A DNA stretch of 64,000 bases from Psilocybe cubensis (taxonomy: Eukaryota), in NCBI GenBank assembly GCA_017499595.2, contig CM038998.1, positions 3,038,001 to 3,102,000 on the forward strand. Direction: 5' to 3'. How positions within the stretch are numbered: position 1 is the first letter of the stretch; each line of letters opens with the position of its first letter. The notes under the pieces were generated by a model. That model had not been told where the DNA came from. It was given only the letters and a program-made list of their open reading frames with translations, and did no database searches. Positions 12,134 to 23,594 of the stretch are shown here, piece by piece. The translations under genes and the position numbers were made by a program.

Positions 12134-14610
12134 ATGGCGTCTGCTCCCATTTCCAACGAAATATTGAGGACCTCGAGCAAAAATCGCGACCAAAAGGATG
12201 ACCTTATACGACTGGATATGTCTCAAGTTGATCCTGAAGAAGAGCGTGAACTCCGCTGGATGTTTGATCTAAACTTGCTACCTCCTATGGCATTTATGTT
12301 TGTCAAAGATTTCATGATGAGCTTTTCTAACTTGTTTGCGTTGTTCACATAGGTACCTTTGTAATGCTTTAGATAAAGGAAACGTCGGAAATGCAAAAAC
12401 CGATGGATGGGATAAAGTAAGTGATATATCCTTCCTACTCATGGAACCGCTGCTCACGTTCGATTAACAGGACATCCACCTCACAGGCAACCAGGTTTGA
12501 GCTATGTATTCTCTGTGAGGCAATCCACAGTAACGATATTTATCCAAGTATTACCTGCTCGTTATGATATTCTATGTGAGGTTTCCAAACCATGTACCAA
12601 TCTTTATTCTTAATCCTAGATTTAAAAACAAAAAAATATTCTAAGGTCCCGTTTTGTCTGTAAGCTGTGTTGTCTCTTTGAGTGAATAGGATTTGGCTGA
12701 CACTGATTTTTAATAGTTTTGGGACGCCTATTTCTTTATTTGTGAAGAGATATTCCGCTGCACGCATCCTTCCTCTGATGATGATTGGATTTGTGAGCCT
12801 CTTCATGCCAATCGTACTCAAATCGGTTTTATTCAAGCCGCCCTCGTCGATATATTAGGGCTCGATGTGAGTAGCGAGTAATACGGCTATGAAGCTTAAA
12901 CTAACACAATTGTCCAGGTCATTGTTGGCCGGCGCAGCCAAGAATTTTTCAGGTATATTTACAAGACTACGGAAATAGTCAAACCTCTCAAAACTCAATT
13001 TAACGCTATCCAGAGATCTTTGCCATCCGGTTTTTTCTCGGAATTTTTGAGGCGCCTATGCTCCCTGGTGTAGTTTTCTATCTTTCGACCTTTTATAAGC
13101 GAGGGGAACTTGCCTCTCGAATCGGCCTTTTCTACGGTATAGGCAGTCCTATTTTGCCCAAAACGACGGTCCTTACATCCAACTTATAGCTGCTGCTTCA
13201 ATCTCAGGTGCATTTTCTGGTGTGTTACTTCTGACTCTGGAGATGTATCGGATTAAAAAATTCAACTGACTAGGGTTGATCGCATACGGTGTCTTCCACC
13301 TGCACAGCACGAAGTACCATTCATGGCAATTTTTATTTTGGATTGAAGGTAGTTTTACTGACTGTTTCAAGTTCCAGTTTTTAGGCTTATTATGGTAACA
13401 GGTGGATTAAGCGTGATATTCGCTATTTTTGCTTGGTTTTGGCTTCCAAGGTCCCCATCAACGTGGTCTAGGCTTACTGAACGCCAAAGGGCGGTAGCGG
13501 ATGCCAGGATTCGGTCAGATTCTTCTGTAACGACTAACGAAAAGTTGAACATTCGCGATGCGTTTCGACCGTTCGCTGATCCTATGTATTGGTGATTATT
13601 TTTTCCCGTTAGAATGCCCGGCATAGAACTTTTGTATTAATTCTTTTGGATCAGGGTATGGGCCGTCATTTGTCTGTCATTTGGAGTACCGCTGGCTAGT
13701 GTCAATAATTTCTTACCGCAAATAGTCGCTAGCCTGGGTTATTCTACCATCCGCACAAACCTTTTGACCGTCGCACCCAACATTGTTGGTACCGTAGCCC
13801 TGTTATTACTTACCTTTTCTTCGGACTACTTTCGAGAACGATCCATTCACATGTAGGAGTTCGTTTGTTGTGATATGTTCACTCAGATCTGACGTTTACC
13901 AAGTTGCGTGGCATTGGCGGTTGGTATTACAGGATTTGTTATTCTTGGGGCAATAGATGTCGTAAAAGATAAAGGAGTAGCATATTTTGCTTGTTTCCTA
14001 TTGACAAGTGGGGTGCGTATACATATCGACGTTTCAAATAAAAACTGACCCCTTGTAGGCATTCGCTCCCTCGGTGTTAGTTAGTGCATGGTATTCTAAC
14101 AACACTCCCAGTGAATCAAGACGTGCCGTTGTGGCAGCGGTCATGGGTATGTGCTTCCTTGCAGCCGTTGCCATTGTTTACCTGAAAATGTTTCAAGTTG
14201 CAATTGCAAATTCTGCTGGGTTAATATCCACTAATGTGTTCAGGGCTAAAGACGAACCTAAGTACATACCAGGTCAGGCAACCATTTTTATTTCATTTTC
14301 AAGCACTCACACATCCAAACCAGCTCTGGCGATATCAGGTCCGTGCGAAATGGCTCAGCTTTGTCGTTGTTCATTAACACTTCGCAGCTGGTTTTGGTGG
14401 ACTGTGCTTGTTACTCGTTGCAAGGTAAATTCACTGTCGCACATCACGGATCAGGCTGTTCAAACATGTTGGTCTAGCGTTGGGATATACATGAGATTAG
14501 AAAATCAGCGAAGGAACAGGGTCCAAAACGTCAACATTACAGCAGCTGATGTTGATACGGAAACTTTGGCTCTGGGCCCAATTTCCCCTTCGTTCCGTTA
14601 CATGTATTAG
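12134..14610 (+). CDS. MFS anion:cation symporter (DAL5/TNA1-like carboxylate permease), very intron-rich
   Basis: Motifs DKGNVGNAKT, RFFLGIFEAPMLPG..YLSTFYKRGELASRIGLFY, WQFLFWIEG, SDYFRER, NNTPSESRRA, EPKY and terminal FRYMY. Confidence 0.9.
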
Positions 14611-15101
14611 TTTGTGTATAATGCCTTCCTTTTCAACCCATCGAACAAGAGACCTACGAAAGAACCTACATCTCAAACCGTCAGTTTCCTGCAGATGTCA
14701 AGTCCGAGGCAAGGTCTGAACCATGTCCACATACTAAAGGTGTGGTTGATGATCGATTGCCGGGTACGACAAGATTGCTTATTATTTTTCGGTTGATAAT
14801 CTAACACGGAAAAAACATTTGAGGGTAAAAGCACAAAAAATGTCAAGATGTATCTGTGTATAACCTGCCTGTCACACTCTAGGAAAGCCAAGATGGCAAC
14901 CTTAGATAGGAGGGGAAGGGGATCTGGACTTTACACAAATTGAGATGTAGCAACGTAAGAAAAGGAAAGGCGTCAAACGCTATGTGTCTTGTATCTGATC
15001 TGTTTATAAACGAAAAAAAAGAAAGTTCAGTGAGGATGTGTCTTACAATCCTAATTACTTGCTGGCACAACACTGCTTTCTAAAGTCTGGCCGCAAGAAC
15101 A

Positions 15102-17439
15102 CTACTGATGGGCTTGCATAATGGCGTCAGATATGAACGCCGCGGAAACTTGTCGACCACCAAACCAGCGACCGTTTAGGCCTTGAATAGCTTTCTTAGC
15201 CGATTCAATAGTTTCAAATTTGACGTAGATTTCGCCCTGTTTGTGTGTCAGAAGTATAAAATTGCTCATTCAAAGCAATACACACCTGGGTTTCTTTTTC
15301 GACCTTGATTGCTGTGACTGAGCCATACTTGTTTTCGCATTCTCCTTTGACATCTTCAGCCAAATCTTTGTCCCAGTCGCGTTCCGTTTCCCTTGAAAGG
15401 TCAGTTAACAAATGACAATTCATGGAACTTGGAATGAACATACTCCTCTGGATCAAACATATTCTTCAACAATACGGAACGAGATTGCATGGATTGAGGA
15501 ATATTGACGCGTGGTCTACGTTTCTCTGGTAAGATATCAAAAATCTTGATTGCTGTGATAAACTTACGCAGGCTCTGGAAGAGAAGGAGCAGATTCAGTC
15601 CTAGCAAGTTTCTGCATCAGTGCTTGTCGTGAAGCAGCGTTCAAGTTACCACCTGAAAGTACTGTCAGTATCAACTGAGAATTTAGAAAAGACTGATTCC
15701 TCACCGCCCGCTTCATCTAAGGAATCCTGTTGAGTGTACTTAGCGGTTCCCTTTTCATGAACAGTGTTGACGCGAAGCTATATTTTTCGATTGAGAGAAC
15801 TTCCATGATGAAAAAAAGCTTCGCCTACAGTACGACCAGCAAGCTCAAATCCTTCCATTTGTTCAAGAGCCATTCTAGCATCCTCAGAGCGCTTGTATCT
15901 AAAGACGCGTAAGGTATTGCTTCCTAAAAAATGGAGTTGACATACTGAACAAAGGCATAGCCCTTACTGCGCCCTGTCATCGGGTCCCTATGCAAATCGA
16001 CAAATTCAAGTTCACCAAAAGGTTCAAACACCTGCTTGATATCGGATTCGGTAAGGTTGAAATGCAAAGAACCGACATATAACCTGATAAAGAAAGAGTT
16101 AAATATTGAGACGTGTGTACGTAGAAAAGACCTACTGCATAGATCCATGGGACGATGTGACCCCTGGAGGGAGATTAAGGCTTCTAAAAACTCCATTAGA
16201 CCTCAGCAAAAGTTGACAAAATTTGACGCATACCCGTCACCCGGATGTAATTTGTTTCTTTCAGATTCAGTTAGTTGTACCATGATGGGTAGACCCATGA
16301 CTACTGTGCCAGAAAGAGCAAGAGCCTTTTCTACGAGATCAATAGACCGGAACTCAACATAACCAATCCTTCCCAGAATATCATTAGTCTTCAAGGGAGC
16401 AGAACAAAAAAAAAGTTTAGTCACCCTTTAGATCGACGAGATAGCCTGTCAGTGACAATCCTTGAATCCATTACGGTTCCTTCCCCGAGCTTATCTTCGA
16501 AGAAATAGCCTAGGTCTCGAGCGGTCAAGCGCGCAGCAAGTTGCGAAACAAAAACTGATCGTGCTTCAGAATCGTCTTCTTTTGGTTCATCAGGATTATA
16601 CGGGTCATCCATTTGATTATCGTATGAAGGGTATGATGGAGAGCCCCGTCTGCACATAATGAGATATATGACTGTTACAAACAATGGCTTCCTTACCTAA
16701 CACCCGGCGGCGGAGGGCTCCTCATGCCAAGTTCGTCGTCGTCATCATCGAGGGGACGACTACGTCTTCTTGCACTTCTTGGATCATCATAATCATTTTT
16801 GTCACCTCTTCTACGGTCTCCAGAACGAGCTGAACGAGGACTGTCCCGGGGAGGGGGTGGGGGTGGCAAGTTTGGAGGGGGTGGTGGAATATCGTCTAGT
16901 GTTTCGGACCTCTTTCTCTTAACCCTATCGTCGTGATCGCGTTCTGGTCCATCATAGTCTTCAGTACGCTTTCGCCTGCGATCACGGTCCTCTCTATCCC
17001 TATCCCTGTCTCTCTCTCTGTCCCTGTCCCCTCGTTCCCTATCCCCTCTATCTCTATCGCGTCGACCGTGTCTAACATCAGGCCCGTCATGCCTGCTGCT
17101 ACGATGTCCTCTATCCTCTCTGTCACGTCGGCGGTCCCTATCACGATCCCGATATCCGTCGCGCGAACGGTCCCGGTACCCTCTTTCACTTCCTCTGTCA
17201 CGACTGCGACTTCTTTTTCTTCTTTCGTCAGGCTCCCTTCGTCTATCTTTCTTGTCATGGTCGTGGTCTCTTGACACAGATCGGTGTGAGCGCCTAGTGC
17301 GGAGAGTATCAGTAGACAAATTCCGAGAACTACAACTCAGTGAGAAATGACAAAATCTGTCAAAATGGAATATTCGTGAAACGTACGAATGATTGTTTGG
17401 AGATTTATCAATTTCCATTTTGCCAGTAGCCGAAGACAT
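15102..17439 (-). CDS. RBM39/CAPER (CC1.3, Rsd1-like) splicing factor with RS/RD region, two RRMs and a UHM domain
   Basis: RD/RS-rich N-terminus; RRM1 SVFVSQL...RSKGIGYVEF; RRM2 LYVGSLHFN...RSKGYAFVQY; UHM SVLLKNMFDPEE...LNGRWFGGR. Confidence 0.92.
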
Positions 17440-17905
17440 GCAGAGTTGAATGAGGTAGAGTGCGAGTCGTAAGAGAGGTCAGGTGTGACCAAAAAAACCC
17501 GCGACACTCTTTGCTTGTCCGTATTTATACCCTGAGGGTCATCGCCTCAGCCTTTGCTTTGATTTGATTGAGCTCGAGTTATTAATGTGCTGCAAGCAAT
17601 CGAAGGGCTGATACGCACAGGTGTGTTTGCACACCGTTCTACTCTAACGTATCTAACTAATGGTCTGCGATGGTGACTTATACTGTATCTCTAGGCAAAA
17701 AGAGGGGTAGGTTAAGGTAAGATTGTTGTTCCATGTGAAGTTCATTCTTTTTGCATCCAGTACCTGTAGTATTTTTGAGATAGCCACATGTATGTTGGCA
17801 CTGGAAAAATAGTCGTAGGTGATCATCAATAGGACTAATATATACATAGAAGACATCCTCTGAAAACCAAAACGGTTGAAGCAGTAAAAAATGGCTGGAT
17901 GCGCC

Positions 17906-19429
17906 CTAAAGCAAACCAGCCAATCTTTCTCGCACTCTTTTTTCCGCTTGTGCCAATTCCGACTGTTCCATTTGTTCATACAATCGATTCAACGGATTGT
18001 CAAAACCCTCCAACTCGAGCTCGGGCTCAATATTGGTAAGGTGACGGGAAAATTTTCCACTAAGAATCTAGACATTTGTTTGTTAAGCTCGAAAAAATGT
18101 TGAACAGAATGCTTGCGATAACGCATACTCACCTGATTATTTAGAATATCTTTAAAATGGGCCCTAGTGGAAACGCCGTCCAAAGACAGAGCACCATTAA
18201 GTTGCCCATACTGCGATACTATAGAATGGTGCTTTAACTGAGAACGAAGTGTTATATCCAAGATCCCTGTATGTTCAAGATCCAAGGGAGAATACCTGGG
18301 TGATAAATCCCTCTTCTGCTGCACGTTCAAAGATCTCAGCAGGCTCCTTTGACATCCACCTGAAATCGCGATTTAGACAGTTATCACAAATATTCAGAAC
18401 AAAATGTACATTTCATAACACAATGCCTCATCTGAACATCCTGCTTCCTTTAGCACACTGAATGCTTCGCTATGCGTTGGCATTATGTGAGTATTGGGTT
18501 TCATAAAAGGAAGATGAGGTGTACTGACCGAAACAGCATGATGATATTTGGCCAAAGTGCTTGTTCTATCACAATATTGTTTATTGGAAGCGCAAACCAT
18601 TACGGGTAAACTCACCAGCAAGAAGATCCATAGCCGTTTCCTCACGAGCAGAGGAAGCTATTGCGCCAGCTTTAGTTGCGCCAATTGCTCGAGAAAGAGC
18701 CAGGGCGATAGAAAATCCCTTCCCAGTGCCATCTTGTTCGACCGAAACGAAACAAGGATATCCCTTGCCTTTCTGATAAAGCGAGCGTACAGAACTTCCT
18801 ATCATTCTAGTGCAAACATATCAGAGCCATCGAAAACAGATGAATGACGCAAAAGAATACCTAGGGGCAACCATAACAACGTCTTGTTGCGGGCTAAAGG
18901 TCAAAAGTTTGAAGAGAACATTATATCCACTGGCCACTACAATGGTCGCAGACGGCTTCAAGTTGGGAGCGAATTGTTCGTTGAAAACTTTGGGTTGTAC
19001 CTGATCAGGGATGAGAATGAATAAAACTAAAAACGAAATTGATGTCAAATTGTCTGCAACTTATCAAAGTCGGATACTCACTGTCGGCCACAAAAGCTGC
19101 CTTGACGAAATCGTGTTCAACTATGAAACCTTTGGAGGTCGCATCTTCTGCATATGCATCCCTACGGTTTGCAATCAAAATTCTCTCGTTAGGAATACCA
19201 GAATCACGCAAATTCTGGGCCTGAGCGGCGCCCTGATTTCCAAAACTAATAGCAGCGCTTTAAGTTAGGCATTAAATGACCTATTTGATTGGAAATACCC
19301 AAGGAAGACAATCTGCTTGCCCTCCAGGAGCGAGAGATCTGCATCTGAGTCATAATATCTATTTCATCATGTAAATTCCTTTCTGTGATTTGAGCTGTAA
19401 ACAAGAACGAACATTTTGGCAGATGGCAT
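17906..19429 (-). CDS. Short, prokaryote-type (class I) ketol-acid reductoisomerase-like oxidoreductase with divergent active site
   Basis: The spliced product reads [42 protein letters not shown]...ILIPDQVQ...ASGYN...VVMVAPRMIG...EETAMDLLAEQAL...HSIVSQYG...RERLAGLL*. This follows the bacterial IlvC layout and has no mitochondrial presequence. Confidence 0.85.
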
Positions 19430-19768
19430 ACTAGTGAAAGGTAAATGGAGGCGATAGAGGCTGGCCAAGAAAAGTCGAAATGAGAATGTGCGTGGTGAGA
19501 AAGATAAGCAATCAGGATTGAATGACCAACTTTTGGGTGTTCCTGCCTGAATCCCATGAGCTGATAAACGTAGAATGTCCTGGTGACTTCAGAAGAAGTA
19601 GGCTTGTTCATGTTCTTCCCAACGGGCCGCCGAGATGATGCATCTATAAGGCTTAGACGGGCCGGCTCATTCATGCGACATCTATTTATTTGGATGTCGT
19701 AGGCATATTTAATAAGATCTGGAAGATAGAAAATGAGCAAGTTACGTGGAATATTTGCGATTCTTCCC
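19430..19768. promoter_or_regulatory. Shared divergent promoter region of the IlvC-like and LRA1-like genes
   Basis: Head-to-head ATGs at 19429 (-) and 19769 (+), with AT-rich TATA-like boxes such as CTATAAG and TATTTAA between them. Confidence 0.6.
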
Positions 19769-20846
19769 ATGTCGTTAGCACCTAACAAGGTCGTGTGTAT
19801 TACGGGAGCATCTAGAGGGATTGGCCGAGCATGGTAAGCAGAAAGGATCCATTTAATTTTTAATAAAATAAAAATGCATATCGATTGCAGTGCTCTTGAA
19901 TTCGTGAAGCAAGGAGCATTTGGGTTGATACTACATTTTCTTGGAGATGAGGAGACGACGCAAGAGATATATACTCTTCAAAAGGAAGTGGAAGAACGAG
20001 GTGCTCAGACCGTTATCATACCTGGAGATATCGCGAAGATTGAAACATCCAAAAGGGCAAGGTCAATTATCCAGTCTGTTGAAAAACAACTTACCTTTCA
20101 ATCAATAAAAGATAGTAGAAAACGGAGTCAAGAAATTTGGACGGATTGATGTCCTGGTTTCCAACGTTGGGATATGCCCATTCTCCGACTTTTTGACGAT
20201 GCCTCTAGAAACTTGGGAACGTACACGCCAGGTAAATCTTGATGGGACGTTCTATATTGTACAAGGTACATCAGTATGGGAAATAACTGGGTGATAGGCG
20301 AGCTGATATAACTACACCCACCAGAGGTCGCAGTCCAGATGACAAACCAGGTTCCACAAGGAGGTTCACTGATAGCAATTTCCTCCATCTCCGGTCTCCT
20401 TGGAGGTGCACAACAATGGTGGGTCAGCTAAAAATAATGAATCACCTAAATTGCAATTCTGAAGTTGACAATATCGGCCAGTCATTACGGGCCAACTAAA
20501 GCAGCCATAACTAACCTGATGCAAAATTGCGCGGTTGCTCTGGGAAAACACGGGATTCGAGCAAATTCTATTTTGCCTGGAACGATTGCCACTGACATCA
20601 ACAAAGAAGACCTGAAAGATAACACCAAACGCGATTACATGATCAATCGAACGCTCCTTGGTCGACTTGGAAGTAAGTCTTACCCACCTCTGTATCATGA
20701 GAATCCCCAAGGCCGCCGTTGACTTTTGCTGGGTAGATCCGGAAGATATCGCGGGTCCTGTCGTTTTTCTAGCAAGCGATTTAGCGCGATATATCACTGG
20801 AGCGTCTATCATTGTTGATGGAGGCCTGTTCGTCAATTTTCAGTGA
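19769..20846 (+). CDS. Short-chain dehydrogenase, L-rhamnose 1-dehydrogenase (LRA1/RHA1)-like
   Basis: Motifs [23 protein letters not shown] (YxxxK), [38 protein letters not shown] and the terminal [10 protein letters not shown], which closely resembles the end of fungal LRA1 proteins as I recall them. Confidence 0.85.
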
Positions 20847-20956
20847 CCGAAAATTAGGGTTGGGCCCTCCTTATTTCCATTGAGTTCTATTTAGCTTCCA
20901 CCAATTCAGCCAAATTATTTGGACAATGTTGAACGTATACATTTCCGAAACATTGC

Positions 20957-21698
20957 TTAGGAGAGAAATTCCGGGACAAGGGCTTTTCCGTCGATTACCA
21001 CTGGGTCTGCCGCAATAAGGACGGTTATCCACCGGGCCCAGTGCACAGAAGGATTTCTCCATGCGTGCATAGTGCCTTTTTGGATGACAGTATCACCTGG
21101 ATTCTTCAAGTGCTTCTCAGTACCATCTTCATTAATCAGCACCAGTTCCCCTGACACTAGGAACCGACAGGTTGGTTTCACTGAAAACCAGGTGTGCGCA
21201 ATGATGACATACCTAGTATATTATAATCTAAAGAGCAAGTGCGATGCTGCGGTATACTAGTTTGCGGAGATCTCCTTCAATGCATAGGAAGCACTCACCA
21301 TTCCCGTGATGGCACCGGGGGCTAATTCAGTGGAGCGCAGATTTGTTCCTGTAGGATGAACAAGTCCAAAGTTAGAAATGTCTTCGATTGTGCGTTTTCC
21401 ACCGTCCTCGCTGAGCACGTCATTAGAAAAACAGGTGTGAGCACACGAGTTCACTGACCTGTTGTTGTTATCGTGTGTGGGGATGGAGTCTGTTGTAACC
21501 CAAATTGCAGCTGATTTGCCTCCTCTGACGAGCTCCATTGCCTATGCATATAATGTGAACGACTACTGACGAGCGACAAACTAGACACACTTCGGCTGGT
21601 ATTTCGCTATCGCTCACGACAACAGAATGCCCCTTGTTGTCGTGAGAGGTGACGATTCGGCGGAGATGGGGCAAGGTCAAGGCAAAAGGTTGAGACAT
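20957..21698 (-). CDS. Cupin-domain protein (fungal cupin_2 type)
   Basis: N-terminal LRRIVTSHDNKGHSV, GTNLRSTELAPG, SLDY.ILVSGEL, and cupin motif 2 PGDTVIQKGTMHAWRNPS. Confidence 0.85.
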
Positions 21699-21963
21699 GA
21701 TAGAAAGCAAGAGGAGACTGCTGGATTTTAACATCGCGTTACATTCGATTAAATACTAAGATCTAGAAACAAAGGAATTAAATATTACATCACATGCTAG
21801 TCTACATACCATGCTGTTCGGTTTGCAGAGGTCGACCCACATGGCCGTTTATGATTCTATGAGAGACTGTTGTGCCCATAATTTGATTATTTTGACGTGC
21901 GTTACACCGTAATATACAGGGTTTGAACAGAAGAGAAAGATATAACAAGACATGTATACGGAG

Positions 21964-23348
21964 CTAAGGAGCAGTGTCTGTGAAAACTCAATCAGTGACC
22001 ATAATGGGATGAAATAAATGAAAGTTTGGCGTACAATAATAATAATCGTCGATCAATGGCATCCAATCTTTCAGTAAAGCACCGAATAGTCCCAGTAGAG
22101 GCGTGTGTGCGGTCCGAGTAACAAAGGATTCGAGTTTGGGTCTATAAATTGTAATCAATAAAAAACGGATGATAAGATATTAGCAAAACAAACCGAGTAT
22201 ATGAATTCCAAATAGATCCGCGAAGGAGATACCAGAGTATATCTTTGTCTCTTTTGGCGTATTCGGCTCGTTCAAGCTCGGCCGATGCTGGTGGTGTTCT
22301 GCGGAGGCTCCTTGAAGCAAATTCCATTAGTAAAACTATTGTTATAGCCCGGTTTGACCGTTCTAAAGACCTCCGGTCGGCAGCCACAAGCGACGCTGTT
22401 GAAGAAATCAATGAAACTATAGGGGTAAGTAATGCTTATTCTGCCCACCATAAACCAGAGGACGGAGAATGAATATTGTTTCCGACAGCCAGTCTCGAGG
22501 GCCCGAAAGCTTTCTCATAAGAGAGATGGATGGCTTGACTGATGATGTAGTCAAGGCTTTTGGAAGTAAGTAGTCTTCAGCCGAAACATTTGCCTGAGCG
22601 GATGTAAGTAATGGATGTGGGGGTAGAGGGACGTGGTTGTTGCGAAGGTGGTCTGGAGTCATTGGTGGTGAAGCTTGAGGTGACGAGGGTGCCAGAGTAG
22701 GCGATGAAGTAGTGCTCAGAGATGGCAAACTTGCAGGATCGAACTCCCGTTCGGGAATTGGTGGTGACAACAATGGTCTGCGAGTGACTTTCAGCAGGAA
22801 TAGTCGTAAGGCTGCTCTAAGAGTTTGATGAGTCCAATGTCCACCTAATAGCATTGAAGTAGATATATTTACTTGATCGCCTCAAGAAGAATGACGGCGC
22901 GCCACCTTGTTTTCTCAGAAACTTTTCGTCTTAAGCCCATTTCAACCACAAGCTCAGTAAAGCGAATTATTTGTAGGACGCGAGACGTCAGCCTGTACAG
23001 CGTATTCTTGTCAGTCCATGCTCTTGTGTAGCGGGTATGTAGGCTTGTGGGGATAAGGGGGCGGTATGAAGCATTGGCCTTGACTATGCGCGCCAATAAT
23101 GTGTCGTGATACATGCTCGTTACATTAAGCAGAGAAGTCACTACACAAGCCGTTTTTGTTAACTGATTGTCCATTTTTCAAAATACACTAAACGAGATGG
23201 TCAACTTACAAGCTTCTGACGCGAGCTCTGCATCTTTAAAACGGCCAGGCAAGAACCAAGTGATAGACCGAAGCGATGACTCTAAGGTAGAGATAGTAGA
23301 GACATTATTTATAAGAAAGGTCTCGTATTTATCCTTGGAGGACGCCAT
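21964..23348 (-). CDS. PEX16: Peroxisomal membrane biogenesis protein Pex16
   Basis: Motifs YETFLINN..STLESSLRSITWFLPGRFKDAELASE, YHDTLL, EYAKRDKDILWYLLRG and PLIDDYYYYT. Confidence 0.92.
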
Positions 23349-23464
23349 AGTATAGACGAGGACCAAGAAAGAGACGAGCGCAGGTTATGATACTCTTAGC
23401 CGAGTGTCGCACTTGATTCCTCGAAGACGCCGACCCGGAACGTTCTCATGATCACGCCCTGTCA

Positions 23465-23495
23465 GTGTCACACATCAACGCACTGTGTCACACAT
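23465..23495. repeat. 11-bp direct repeat GTGTCACACAT x2 in the PEX16 / hypothetical gene divergent promoter
   Basis: Exact copies at 23465-23475 and 23485-23495, a 20-bp period. Confidence 0.7.
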
Positions 23496-23594
23496 TCCCA
23501 GAATAGGGCACTGTCTTGGTTTGAGATGCGGCATTGTTGTGTCCTCGGCTACTAATAAGGCTACAGTAAACGCTGCTCCTGCTCTACGTTCTCT

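Noticed and set aside
16896-17274. Alternative-frame and antisense ORFs, and (GA/TC)-like repeats
   Set aside because: These are by-products of the low-complexity Arg-Asp repeat coding region of the RBM39-like gene, not separate genes or a satellite.
19246-19788. 180-aa minus-strand ORF spanning the IlvC-like/SDR promoter
   Set aside because: It crosses the IlvC-like exons out of frame and has no recognisable motif, so it is probably a chance ORF.
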